This document shows positions 9,101 through 17,712 of a stretch of 64,000 bases of DNA, in pieces. Below the pieces are notes generated by a model that was given only the letters and a program-made list of their open reading frames with translations, was not told where the DNA came from and did not search any database. The DNA comes from a virus. Its lineage: Duplodnaviria > Caudoviricetes. The first letter of the stretch is position 1, and every line of letters starts with the position of its first letter. The stretch covers positions 1-64,000 of IMG/VR virus record IMGVR_UViG_3300047160_002455; one strand, written 5' to 3'. The position numbers and the translations under genes were made by a program.

Positions 9101-11578
9101 GGGCATCCGCTGACGGACGATCAACGCAAGATGTTTGGCGCGAAGTGCAGTGAATCGCGCAACCAGTGGCACCCGGTAAACAACCAGAGTGACCAGCAGA
9201 GCGCTCCGGCGCAGGTCGTGTCCGGCAGTCAGTCCGCGCTTGCGAGAACGTACCTATCGGCAGGCAGCCGCAACCGCCACCCCGCATCGGGCAAGTTTCA
9301 GAAGGGCAACGCGGGCAGTGGCAATGGTCCAGCGCACGATGCTGCCAAGCAAGGTAAGAACGCTGGGGACTGTGGCTGGGAACCGATTCAGGCAAACTTT
9401 CGGTCACCCGCGTCTCTGTTCAACTTCAACCCATCGGACACAGCATCGTTGCAAGGGGATGCTAAGGACACGTCCGATTCGACCTCGAACTATCGTAGTC
9501 CGGCATCCCTGTTCAACTTCAGCCCATCGGATACGGCAGAAGTCTCTGGAAATAAGGGTGACGGAAGCGTGTTTGGAGACGATCAATTTCTGGACTCGAC
9601 ACCTGGCGGACCCGGCAGCGGCGGTCGCGATGTAGTCGCCAAGCATACGCACAATAAGGACCGATCCCCTGCCGCGATGATGATGCGCCTGGATAAGCAA
9701 GCAGATCCCGGTCGCACCTATGCCCATGATGACACCTACGGGGATAGCAAGACCATGAACAACTTCGTCAACAACTACTGGACGGAGGAAGCTAGGGAAG
9801 CAGCAGCACAGGCGCGACGTGCGAAACTTGGAGGACTGGCAAAGAAAGGTTGGAGCGCACTCAAGACTGCTGGCAACAAGATTGCGTCTACTACTAAGGA
9901 CGTTTATGAGGAAATCGGCGGTCTCGGAAGTGACATCCTCGACCACGGAATCGGCGCGATTCTGGATAACGCAAGCGCTATCCGTCACGCTGCTTCAGAG
10001 GCAGCTGCCTGGAATGCCAACCCGGAGGGCGGCAACTACGACAAGACAGCAACGCAGCGCATCTTCGGTACTCCGAACAAACCCGGTTACGACGGTCGCG
10101 ATTTGTGCGAAGGCATCCACCAGAGTGCTCACCGACTCGCGGGTGACCAGGATGACGATGATGACATTGACGCGGACGATCACCACGTAGGGCAGCTGTT
10201 CGGTTGGTTCGATCCGCGCCAGCAGTGGCAACCTCAGGAGGTGGTTGGTTGGGCGGATACCAAGGGTGGCAGGGAAATCACCATTGAGAGGGAGGCAGGG
10301 GGCGGTCCTGCAAAAGTCAGCAACTGTCATTGCGGTGGAACGTGCAAGAGATGCAGTGACGTTGCCAATCAGGACGATGATGATGACTACGACGATGACT
10401 GTGATGACGATGAACGGGATGATGAGGGCAACTGCCCAGACGATGATGATAACGATGATACCTACAACGCATGGAGCGAAGCAGCGCGGCGGGCAGCTAT
10501 CGAGGCGCGAACGGCATCGCAGAAGGCACACGACGCTACGGTCAAGATCGGTCACGCGGCACAGGGAGTATCCGGTAACGCCCTCAAGTGGGCGGATGAG
10601 GCAGTGCATGGTCACGGTTGGGCGCAGGCAACAGAGGGGGCTGCCAACGCACACATGCAAGCACACGATGCCCTACGGAGGACAGCGGACCAGAAAGCTG
10701 CGATGGGTGACATGCTTGGTGCTAGGGGAGACGTGCGCGCGGCAGGGTTGCACGCGGACGCTGCCAGCGCTCACCGCAGAGCGCTTGTCGGTGTTACCGG
10801 TAATGTCGTGAGAATGACTGCGATTGCCTTGAACGCGGGAGGTTGCGGTTGTGACTGCGACGGTTGCAAGGACTGCAAAGGCAAGATGACGGGTAACGCT
10901 TGGACCGAGGAAGCACGGGCAGCGGCTGCGGAAGTGCGCCGCGCTCATGGGGCTGTAAAAGGCACGAAGCCCGTACCCGGTTGGGCAAAGGGCAGAACGT
11001 CCAAGATGAAGCCCGGTCTGTTCGGCGCGGACGATGAAGCGGAAGGTCACAACGAGCAAGGGTGGAAACCCAAGGCACCGGTGGACACGCGCGGCAAGCA
11101 GGGCGGTTGGACGGAGAAACCGGAGGCACCGAGACAGCAGTGGACGGGGCAACCATCGGAACGCAAGGGCGGCGGTGGTGGTTGGACTGCTGAAACGGAA
11201 GGACCGCGTCCGAGTTGGCATCCCGTCAAGCAGCCGAAAGTGGGCATGTACAACCAGGATCTAGCTGGACCTAGCGTGCCCGCGCCCCCGTCTCCGCCCC
11301 CGCGCGGGGTTATCAGCGCACCCAGCAAGAAAAAGAAAAACACGATGAACCGGGAATGGTCCAGCAAGAAGCGCGAGGAGCATCCCGCTAAGGATTTCGC
11401 GGGTCCGGATCGGTCGTTCCCGATTGAGACCCAGGAGGATGTGGACGCTGCCATCCGTTCCATCGGTCGCACGAAGCACGATCCCGACGTAGTCAAGGCT
11501 GGCATCAAACGGATTGCCAAGCGCAAGGGATTGGATCTACCGCCCTCACTAGCGGAGGACGGTGACGATGGTGACTAA
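6134..11578 (+). CDS. DUF2213-like capsid maturation protease (intein-containing) fused to a long multi-module polyprotein
   Basis: ELSTGLF...YRPDHIAILPNQIGA|CSINDGCG protease motifs; position before scaffold/MCP; C-terminal DFAGPDRSFPI module. Confidence 0.8.
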   Translation: MIIPAGMEIITTNLKSAGVRRAIRNGREYYVCSASIINPGVLAGSKGALYYPPDECQRNARDWEGTPLVLYHPTRNGQYVSIRDDPSAIDRQGLGEFLKPRFKSKLGGEMWFDAQKVANADKYLVKNGVEPILPRLRKGIPVELSTGLFTENIPAEQGAMFNGRPYTHVARNYRPDHIAILPNQIGACILPGQEIQGRITKASKAWYTGEAIRIETLSGELLSVTPNHPILTDMGFVPASDLTEGQNLLHYVREDKATTTDTNEKYAPALAEDVFDALASLSTHEEAVRTRATTLDFHGDAGFFQGDVQIVSPQSALSSGSVPKTAKRFIQGGFGGRGNCQSSLSSRSHTQQFTRLVDATDVRQVSFGSESLTLLERQPGVHEARGGGSVSRDTALLEPGVDDALVDTQFSLNFISVFPSAVGCDNFSNKLGWEAGFGNQPLTGFCVFGPGAELNISLPKTVSNRRVMEAKLFRQLLHTFPSKITTDKIVHLDRFFHNGPVYDFESSLGYIIAQKLLVSNCSINDGCGVLVNARGGDGAAWYPVVGNEARDVRLVPVQNVWTDAARQASAEARSASKKAHEASAKIGHRTILDPSYASTGMSGPSDIHYHAAHLHMGAAAELLNEANRDDNAGYFDKANMKRDVAQMHEDAALSNFNAAREIEGSVHRPSQPKLGWQQNQRNPTANMWSEEARQAALEARRASATAGAKSREAAAYHGSFEESEMYKAGQRGQKADSVKQHLQAAEMHRIAAEKHERTADYLGSGDAGRGEHYRAAKLNMDAADAHERAAGIKSGGGMHGGGGFGAMNPQGPPKPVQAQLSRGSGVAGESLEMSREAAQRVSNQWQAIRNVWTEEARAAAAASKRAKAISDKHPEQSEESKKAGERAFSDAKYAGGKGGPYLHIQARQSHNNAAEIAEREGHPDLAAAHREAGIAHETARRQTEAVQYVHGKAVDPYVKPTSNDKKQPSEELDISSEKACQILHDKEVRGHPLTDDQRKMFGAKCSESRNQWHPVNNQSDQQSAPAQVVSGSQSALARTYLSAGSRNRHPASGKFQKGNAGSGNGPAHDAAKQGKNAGDCGWEPIQANFRSPASLFNFNPSDTASLQGDAKDTSDSTSNYRSPASLFNFSPSDTAEVSGNKGDGSVFGDDQFLDSTPGGPGSGGRDVVAKHTHNKDRSPAAMMMRLDKQADPGRTYAHDDTYGDSKTMNNFVNNYWTEEAREAAAQARRAKLGGLAKKGWSALKTAGNKIASTTKDVYEEIGGLGSDILDHGIGAILDNASAIRHAASEAAAWNANPEGGNYDKTATQRIFGTPNKPGYDGRDLCEGIHQSAHRLAGDQDDDDDIDADDHHVGQLFGWFDPRQQWQPQEVVGWADTKGGREITIEREAGGGPAKVSNCHCGGTCKRCSDVANQDDDDDYDDDCDDDERDDEGNCPDDDDNDDTYNAWSEAARRAAIEARTASQKAHDATVKIGHAAQGVSGNALKWADEAVHGHGWAQATEGAANAHMQAHDALRRTADQKAAMGDMLGARGDVRAAGLHADAASAHRRALVGVTGNVVRMTAIALNAGGCGCDCDGCKDCKGKMTGNAWTEEARAAAAEVRRAHGAVKGTKPVPGWAKGRTSKMKPGLFGADDEAEGHNEQGWKPKAPVDTRGKQGGWTEKPEAPRQQWTGQPSERKGGGGGWTAETEGPRPSWHPVKQPKVGMYNQDLAGPSVPAPPSPPPRGVISAPSKKKKNTMNREWSSKKREEHPAKDFAGPDRSFPIETQEDVDAAIRSIGRTKHDPDVVKAGIKRIAKRKGLDLPPSLAEDGDDGD
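6740..7624 (-). CDS. Putative homing endonuclease: two HTH repeats + Vsr/DUF559-like nuclease, antisense inside the intein
   Basis: YLAGKSMKQLSKEF...TVRDRL and YRAGKNAYEIKRELG...VIYAWL; SPTETALYESL...QRALGTYNLDIA...IAVEV...ILSQGWSILFV. Confidence 0.75.
   Translation of the reverse strand: MKKSVQVDDLVRGYLAGKSMKQLSKEFCLHNSTVRDRLRKRNVQFRSRSEYTKSGKRLVSEARFPPQLVREVVAAYRAGKNAYEIKRELGINQGVIYAWLKERGITRDASSASRLMYSGLTFKQRKRFTAKANLANVGRVHQPGELLRMAATRQRRLTVASPTETALYESLRGLGYTTTRQRALGTYNLDIALEEPRIAVEVQCRSSGPYSFLMRREARQRIKYILSQGWSILFVRIGGSGFVFPDIVQKILTFCEIAGRNKPHIGKYGVIRSDGKKFSRKSLNPNGFPRVPGF
7664..7692 (-). promoter_or_regulatory. Sigma70-like promoter TTGCTT-N17-GATAAT with TGn extension, upstream of the antisense endonuclease
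   Basis: -35 at 7692-7687, -10 at 7669-7664, 17-nt spacer, ~40 nt upstream of ATG 7624. Confidence 0.55.
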
Positions 11579-11627
11579 ACAAAACTGGCGAGTCCTGAAC
11601 AGAGAAGTCAGTTAGGGAGAACAACAA

Positions 11628-12770
11628 ATGACTCCGCAAGATAGGGCAGGTGCCATTCAATGGCTCGCTGCTAATGTCGAAACGTGGAGGGGGGAGCATC
11701 AGTTGCTCTCCAGCTTTAGTGACGGCAAGTTGGCACAGCTGATTCGCGGTGCCAAGCGTGAGGCACACGCGGTTGCCGTTGCTAATGCCGCTGTCTCCGG
11801 TTTCGACGGTGGACGTGGCATTGCTTACCGTCTCAATCCAGAAACGGGAGATTGGGAGCAGCGCGCCACACACAACGCACAGGCGGACGGTTCGTTTATG
11901 GATGTCACGGAAGATCCGGCAACCAAGACGCGCGAAGATCAAAAGGATGATGAGGAAGATGGAGAAGGGGAGAGCTTCGCGGACAAGGCGGAAGGGAGCA
12001 TCCACAACCGCCGCCGCCGCCCTCAGACTACTGAGGATTGGTTCCGCTTTGCGCCACCGGAAGTACAGCAGACGTTCAACAATGCCCGGCAGGTGGAACT
12101 GCGCGAGAAGGACAAGATCGTCCAGCAGCTGTTGGTCAACGTGGCGGAAAGCGAACGCCCGGCACACCGGCAGCGCTTGATGAATCGCACGCTGGAGGAA
12201 TTGCAGAACGACCGCGCTTTGGTTCCAACTGCCAACCTGCAGCAGTTTAGCGAAGAAAATCCTTCGCTGAATATCGCTACGTCCTATCGGCGCGCTCATT
12301 CGGGCGACGATATGCTGACCGCCCCGACGATGGAGTGGGATGCGCAGTCCAAGGGACCGGCAGTGCCGCGCACGGATTTGCCCACCACGAGCATCGGGGT
12401 GAATACCAGCTACGACGATCTGCCTTTGGATGAGCAGCTGCAGGGTCTGACTCCGCAGGCACGGGCAACCGTCATGAACGCGCTTGCTATCGAGGCGCGC
12501 GAGAAGCGCAAGCTGGTCGAGGAAATCATCGCTGCGAACGCTTCGCTGGAGGATGATGCGGAGCGACGTTTGCGCAATCGACTGTCCTCAAAGTCGATGG
12601 ACGAATTGCGCGATTACCAGCTGCTCACCGGGTCGGTGCCGCAGCGTCGTCCTGTCAACTACTTCGGTTCGGGCGGCGGTCCCGTAGGAATGCCCGCGCC
12701 GACCAACAACGTCAACGAAGATTTGCTACCACCTCCGGTTATGGACTTCAAAGCGAAGGTGGAAGCGTAA
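11628..12770 (+). CDS. Capsid scaffolding protein
   Basis: Acidic/helical, internally duplicated, lies between protease and decoration/MCP genes. Confidence 0.65.
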   Translation: MTPQDRAGAIQWLAANVETWRGEHQLLSSFSDGKLAQLIRGAKREAHAVAVANAAVSGFDGGRGIAYRLNPETGDWEQRATHNAQADGSFMDVTEDPATKTREDQKDDEEDGEGESFADKAEGSIHNRRRRPQTTEDWFRFAPPEVQQTFNNARQVELREKDKIVQQLLVNVAESERPAHRQRLMNRTLEELQNDRALVPTANLQQFSEENPSLNIATSYRRAHSGDDMLTAPTMEWDAQSKGPAVPRTDLPTTSIGVNTSYDDLPLDEQLQGLTPQARATVMNALAIEAREKRKLVEEIIAANASLEDDAERRLRNRLSSKSMDELRDYQLLTGSVPQRRPVNYFGSGGGPVGMPAPTNNVNEDLLPPPVMDFKAKVEA

Positions 12771-12851
12771 GCAGTCGCGAGCGCGGGGCTGGAACAGAGA
12801 GATCATTCTGGCGAGAAGACTGACCAGAACTTCGATATCAGGAGTTTTGTA

Positions 12852-13322
12852 ATGGCTAAGGGTCAAGACATCGTTGTAAGCGCTAACCCTCAGGGGCGCT
12901 TCATCGAAGGAATCGTGGGTGACACTTCTGCACCCGGCACGATTATGCAGATTTCCGCAACTGTCGCCCCTGTCGAGGGGCGGCATACGTGGATTGCTGC
13001 TGCGACGGGTACGGACGGTAAGGAGGTGCTCAAGGTAGTGTTGCTACCTGACCGCCTCCAGGGTCGCTTGGCAACAGACGCTTACGTGGCGAACACGCGC
13101 GGGTTTCTGTACTGCTGGTTGCCTGGTGACGAAGTCAACTTCCTAGCTGGTGAAGGTGCCGGTACGTCCAACACCTTCAACATCGGTGACCGCTTCATTG
13201 TGGACGCCGAAAACGGCATTCTCGTGCCGGACACTGGCTCTCCACAGGAGTGTGTCGCTATCGCTATGGAGAAGCTAACGCAGCAAGTAGGCTCCGTCCT
13301 TGTATGGTGCATGGCAACGTAA
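12852..13322 (+). CDS. Head decoration/cement protein
   Basis: 156 aa, beta-rich, immediately upstream of MCP. Confidence 0.6.
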   Translation: MAKGQDIVVSANPQGRFIEGIVGDTSAPGTIMQISATVAPVEGRHTWIAAATGTDGKEVLKVVLLPDRLQGRLATDAYVANTRGFLYCWLPGDEVNFLAGEGAGTSNTFNIGDRFIVDAENGILVPDTGSPQECVAIAMEKLTQQVGSVLVWCMAT

Positions 13323-13382
13323 ACCATCATCCTCTGGCGTTCCAAGAGTTTCGAGAGAAGAGACAACGGAGGATGAACTGAG

Positions 13383-14579
13383 ATGTTCACTGACTTCATT
13401 CTGAACGGGCAAGCCCACGGTTCCGTGGGCGAGCACCTGGCAGGTTGCCGCTTCGACCCCGGTTTGCTGCGCCCGTACATCGACCGCTCCAATCAGCGCT
13501 GCGTCACGATCAATTCGGGACGCACGGATTCCAGCGGGAAACCCATTTACGAGAAGCGACTGGTCGCAGAGATGATTAACAACGGTGTGAGTTCACCGGT
13601 GTTCAATGCTACGTCGCTGCGCAAGGAAGAGTGGATCGAACTCGATAAGGTCGTCATTCGTGAAGCTCGTTTCCGGCTCCGCGCTTGGGCAGACCTTGCT
13701 GCCGCCAATACGTTTGGTGGTTTCAACGGTATGTCCAAGACGATCCTCGAATACGAGTCCATGAGTGACCCCGGTGAGGCAATCGTAGACATGGATGGTC
13801 TTTCGGAAGGTCGTACTGACCGCCCGAAGTTCCAGCTTGAAGGTTTGCCTCTGCCGATCACCCACTCGGACTTCTATTTCAGCGCGCGCCAGCTGGCGGC
13901 ATCGCGTAACAGTGGTACCCCGCTGGATACGACGATGGCAGAAGCGGCTGGGCGTCGTGTGGCTGAATCCATCGAGAAGGTTCTCATCGGTGTTGACACC
14001 GGTGTTACCTACGGTGGGCAGAACACGGCAACCTCCTACGGACGCACCGCGCAGGTCTACGGTTACCTGAACTTCCCGCAGCGCTTGACCAAGCACAACC
14101 TCAACACCCCGACAGGCAACAATGCCTCGTCTACGTTGTCGGACGTGCTGGCAATGCGCAACCAGTTGTACAACAACAAATTTTACGGTCCCTTCATGCT
14201 TTACCACTCGAATGATTGGGACACGTTCCTTGATAATGACTATATCCTCACGGGCGGTAACGTAGCGACCCAGACGCTGCGCGAACGTCTGAAGTCGATT
14301 GACGGGATCATCGACGTGCGCCGTCTCGACTTCTTGACCTCGACCATCCCCGTCTCGACGGATGCAGCGCAGATCCTAACCGCTAACCCATTCACCCTCA
14401 TCATGGTCCAGATGACCAGCGATGTGTGCCGCGCTATCAATGGTATGGACATCACGACGGTGCAGTGGGAATCGGTCGGTGGGATGCGTCTGAACTTCAA
14501 AGTCATGGCAATCCAGGTGCCACAGATTCGCGCTACGTTCGCTGGCAACAGCGGACTCCTGGTCGGGACCACCACGTAA
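13383..14579 (+). CDS. Major capsid protein (HK97 fold, Linocin-M18/encapsulin-like clade)
   Basis: NATSLRKEEWIELD...PLPITHSDF...RQLAASR...PLDTTMAEAAGRRVAE...GPFMLY...FKVMAIQVPQIR. Confidence 0.9.
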   Translation: MFTDFILNGQAHGSVGEHLAGCRFDPGLLRPYIDRSNQRCVTINSGRTDSSGKPIYEKRLVAEMINNGVSSPVFNATSLRKEEWIELDKVVIREARFRLRAWADLAAANTFGGFNGMSKTILEYESMSDPGEAIVDMDGLSEGRTDRPKFQLEGLPLPITHSDFYFSARQLAASRNSGTPLDTTMAEAAGRRVAESIEKVLIGVDTGVTYGGQNTATSYGRTAQVYGYLNFPQRLTKHNLNTPTGNNASSTLSDVLAMRNQLYNNKFYGPFMLYHSNDWDTFLDNDYILTGGNVATQTLRERLKSIDGIIDVRRLDFLTSTIPVSTDAAQILTANPFTLIMVQMTSDVCRAINGMDITTVQWESVGGMRLNFKVMAIQVPQIRATFAGNSGLLVGTTT

Positions 14580-14676
14580 TCCAACGGACTGGCTCGCGGA
14601 CGTAGGGAACCGTGCTCAGTGCCGGACACTGGGCATGGTACGCCCTTTGACATCTTTTACTTCTCTGGAGCAACTT

Positions 14677-15165
14677 ATGGGAGAGACTCTCTACTACTGG
14701 AAGTGCCTGAGCGGGCAGACGGTCGATGATGACCCGGACCCGACGCACACCATTCCGGACCCCACCGATCCCACAGGGCAGCGGCGCAAGCCAGCGGATA
14801 AGACTTATTACGCTGGTGACATCATCGGTCCGACCCCCAAGTATTACGGGATGTGGAACCGGAATGGTCTTACTCCGCGCTACGAGTTGGTTAATAAGGT
14901 GGAAGCTGCCCCCACTGTCGATGCTGCTGTGGCACCTCCACCGGCACCGCCGAAGACGACGCCCAAGGCAGCACCGCCACCAACACCGGTGAAACCCGCT
15001 TGGAGCAAACCCGCGCCCAAGCAGACAAGCAAACCCTCCTTTGACAACGTGCCCCTAGAGCAGATGTCAATGGAGCAGCTGAAACGGTTAGCGGAGGATG
15101 AAGAGATCGACCTGAAGGACGCTAAAGACAAGGAGGAGATCATCAAAATCTTTCGAGGCAAGTAA
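14677..15165 (+). CDS. Post-capsid protein with Pro-rich linker and C-terminal HeH/Rho-N-like domain
   Basis: LEQMSMEQLKRLAEDEEIDLKDAKDKEEII; SD ggag before ATG 14677. Confidence 0.6.
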   Translation: MGETLYYWKCLSGQTVDDDPDPTHTIPDPTDPTGQRRKPADKTYYAGDIIGPTPKYYGMWNRNGLTPRYELVNKVEAAPTVDAAVAPPPAPPKTTPKAAPPPTPVKPAWSKPAPKQTSKPSFDNVPLEQMSMEQLKRLAEDEEIDLKDAKDKEEIIKIFRGK

Positions 15166-15639
15166 ATGCTTCACCTTGTAGCTTTCCTCCTATTGTGGGC
15201 TGGTCTCCCTAATTCCGTGGTGTCCCTCCTCACAGCAGGGGACCAGCCCACCTTGCGCTGTTCTGTGTGTTCTTGTGTCAGCTGCGCTTGCGACCCGTGC
15301 TTGTGTGGTGTGTGCAATGTGGAGGATGAGGATGAAGTCGTTGCTGTTGGGGATACAGTCGAGCAAACCTGTTGGGTGCCCTACGGCAACAACAACTGCT
15401 GCCTCGTCTGCAACTGTGGCGGCAATCTACAGTTTCTGGAGGAACCCATCGTTATTGAGGAGCGCGGCAGGGGCACACGCGACCACCGGGTCAGACTGCG
15501 CTTCCGTTTTCGCGCGCGCGAGATAGGTAGAGCGCACATCGACGTACACCATTTCAGGGACTTCAACAAACGACCGGAACGCATCATCCACAAGAACGTC
15601 CGCGTCCGGAGTAGGACTCCCTCCATGCGGCGCAGATAA
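15166..15639 (+). CDS. Secreted Cys-rich hypothetical protein
   Basis: Hydrophobic N-terminus; CSVCSCVSCACDPCLCGVC. Confidence 0.5.
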   Translation: MLHLVAFLLLWAGLPNSVVSLLTAGDQPTLRCSVCSCVSCACDPCLCGVCNVEDEDEVVAVGDTVEQTCWVPYGNNNCCLVCNCGGNLQFLEEPIVIEERGRGTRDHRVRLRFRFRAREIGRAHIDVHHFRDFNKRPERIIHKNVRVRSRTPSMRRR

Positions 15640-15649
15640 GGGGGTCAAC

Positions 15650-16597
15650 ATGGCAAAGAGTCTCGCTATCGCTCCCGCAGTGGGCAGCGACTGGTTGCGC
15701 TTGTTCGACAGTCCCGACCAGTGGAAGAACTGCCGCTCGCAGCTGAGTATGCTGCAGGTCTCGTATCAATCGCTTTGGAACGAAGCATCAGTACCGTGGT
15801 TCAACGATAACATCTGGCCCAATGTTCAAGCGGCAGGTGTAGTGGATAAGTGCCAAAAATGGAGTATCGACTTCGGATTTTATATGGGGGTGTGGAAGCC
15901 TCAGTATCTCACATCGGCGCAACTCGCTGTCGTCCATGCGCGGCAGTGTTGCGATAACCTGTTCAACGCGGGCGCATTCAGCACAATCATCGACCTGGAC
16001 GAACCTTTCTACGATGCCAAGTTCTTAGGGGTCACCGATCTAGCGACCGCCGCTGGGCGCGTCGCTGACTTCTATGGGGATCTCAAGACCATCTACGGTG
16101 ACCGGGTTGGTGTCGCGCTGACGGAACCGTACCCACCGCCCGCGCTTACTTGTGACGAAATCATCGACTCGATGGCACACCTCATGGGTTTGGGGGTGAC
16201 CCTGGAATGGTTCGACATTGACGTGAACCATGTCTGGGTCAACCAGAATCCCGTCAGGCTGGCGCAGATGGAAGTGGACCTGCCCCGCCTGGCGGACTGG
16301 TTGAAAGCAGCGGACATCCCGTTTGGGATTATATTCTGGCCCGGCTTGGAAAAGCGGACCACGAATCAGATGTATTGCGAAGGGGTGCTGCCGTGGGTCG
16401 ATCAAGTTGCCGCTATGACAGGACTGGAGACACCGGGGCGGTTGGTCAGCGAAAGCTGGATATTCACGGATGAGAACAGGACACAGAAAGCGCTTCCGAC
16501 GAATCTGCCGGAAAGCGAACGCTACACACATACGTGGCTTATCCGAGAGATCGCTGAACGGTTTGGTTGGGGTCAGTCTACTTTGAGGGGGGCATAA
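15650..16597 (+). CDS. Hypothetical protein (possible TIM-barrel/glycoside-hydrolase-like)
   Basis: 315-aa globular ORF with SD; DLDEPF, ESW motifs; fold assignment weak. Confidence 0.4.
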   Translation: MAKSLAIAPAVGSDWLRLFDSPDQWKNCRSQLSMLQVSYQSLWNEASVPWFNDNIWPNVQAAGVVDKCQKWSIDFGFYMGVWKPQYLTSAQLAVVHARQCCDNLFNAGAFSTIIDLDEPFYDAKFLGVTDLATAAGRVADFYGDLKTIYGDRVGVALTEPYPPPALTCDEIIDSMAHLMGLGVTLEWFDIDVNHVWVNQNPVRLAQMEVDLPRLADWLKAADIPFGIIFWPGLEKRTTNQMYCEGVLPWVDQVAAMTGLETPGRLVSESWIFTDENRTQKALPTNLPESERYTHTWLIREIAERFGWGQSTLRGA

Positions 16598-16599
16598 CC

Positions 16600-16743
16600 A
16601 TGAACGTAGAAGTAACCGTCGTATCGTTTCTCGGATGGATCGTTGCCGGTGCTGGGTTCCGCGTGGGATGGGGAATCATCGGCATCCTGATTGACCTACT
16701 CTCTAGCGCAGTAGGTCGCACGGGGAAGATTCCTCGTGAGTAG
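16600..16743 (+). CDS. Small membrane protein (47 aa)
   Basis: MNVEVTVVSFLGWIVAGAGFRVGWGIIGILIDLL; below ORF-track cutoff. Confidence 0.55.
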   Translation: MNVEVTVVSFLGWIVAGAGFRVGWGIIGILIDLLSSAVGRTGKIPRE

Positions 16744-16954
16744 CTGTAACAACAGACTGCAGTACCCGATTGTGGCGCACGGCAACCGCCGCCCTAGCGA
16801 TGCGGAGCGTGCCCACAAAGGGTACAAGCAGCGCAGACATGAAATGAACTGGCATAACCGCGAGCGGTCGAGTGACGATCAAATCGACGCTTACCTGAGA
16901 CGCAAGCTGCTCAAGCAGCACGCAGCACAGAAGCCATCGGTGGTGGAGGGTTGA
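16736..16954 (+). CDS. Small hypothetical protein
   Basis: Fills the operon gap, overlapping both neighbours. Confidence 0.4.
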   Translation: MSSCNNRLQYPIVAHGNRRPSDAERAHKGYKQRRHEMNWHNRERSSDDQIDAYLRRKLLKQHAAQKPSVVEG

Positions 16955-16959
16955 TATGT

Positions 16960-17712
16960 ATGACCTTCAGCCTAGAGACCGCGATCTATACGGCAGCGCT
17001 GTGCCGCGTCGCGGCGGACGGGGATCAAGACGGGTTTGCGGACCTGTTTGAGAAGTACACGATCAACAGCCGGTCGGCTGGACAGATGTGGGCTGTAACG
17101 GGAACGATTGCCAACACCGAAAGTCTATCCGGCGTGCAAGCCGTAATCTTTCGCGGGACGGCAACGCTTGGTGATTGGTTGGATGATGAGGAGTCCGCGC
17201 TTGCCTACTTCCCGGAATTTGACGGCAAGGTGCATACCGGGTTCTACCGCTGTTTCGACGAAGTGCGGGACTGGTTGCAAAGTAGGTTGCTGAAAACCAA
17301 GCTGGTGCTCATAACCGGGCACAGTTTGGGCGGCGCGATGGTGACCTTGGCAGCGCAGTGGTTATGGAGTCGCGACTATATGGTGCTGCCGACGTACACG
17401 TTCGGCAGTCCTAAAGTCGGCAATGAGACCTTCACCACTAACTACGCTCCAGCGCAGTACCGCGTGGTCAACGATGTGGATATTGTGACCTACCTACCGC
17501 GCATCAGTGGTTACTGCCATGTAGGTGAGGAATACCACCTGCCTTATAGCACCGTGGGACTGGGGCGGCGGTTAGGGTTGATGGCATCGCATCTGTGGTA
17601 TGGACCGGGCAAGCTGTTTGTGGACAGCGTCAAGTGCCATCCGATTAGCGCGTACATGGAAGCGCTCAAACGTGAATGGGAAGCGGATCATGCTGAAACT
17701 GGAACCGCTTGA
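16960..17712 (+). CDS. Class 3 lipase (alpha/beta hydrolase)
   Basis: IFRGT, VHTGFY, TGHSLGGA, TFGSPKVGN, VVNDVDIVTYLP, C-terminal His. Confidence 0.9.
   Translation: MTFSLETAIYTAALCRVAADGDQDGFADLFEKYTINSRSAGQMWAVTGTIANTESLSGVQAVIFRGTATLGDWLDDEESALAYFPEFDGKVHTGFYRCFDEVRDWLQSRLLKTKLVLITGHSLGGAMVTLAAQWLWSRDYMVLPTYTFGSPKVGNETFTTNYAPAQYRVVNDVDIVTYLPRISGYCHVGEEYHLPYSTVGLGRRLGLMASHLWYGPGKLFVDSVKCHPISAYMEALKREWEADHAETGTA

Noticed and set aside
13383-14579. Encapsulin nanocompartment interpretation of the Linocin-like capsid gene
   Set aside because: It sits in a complete phage head-tail operon with protease, scaffold and tail genes
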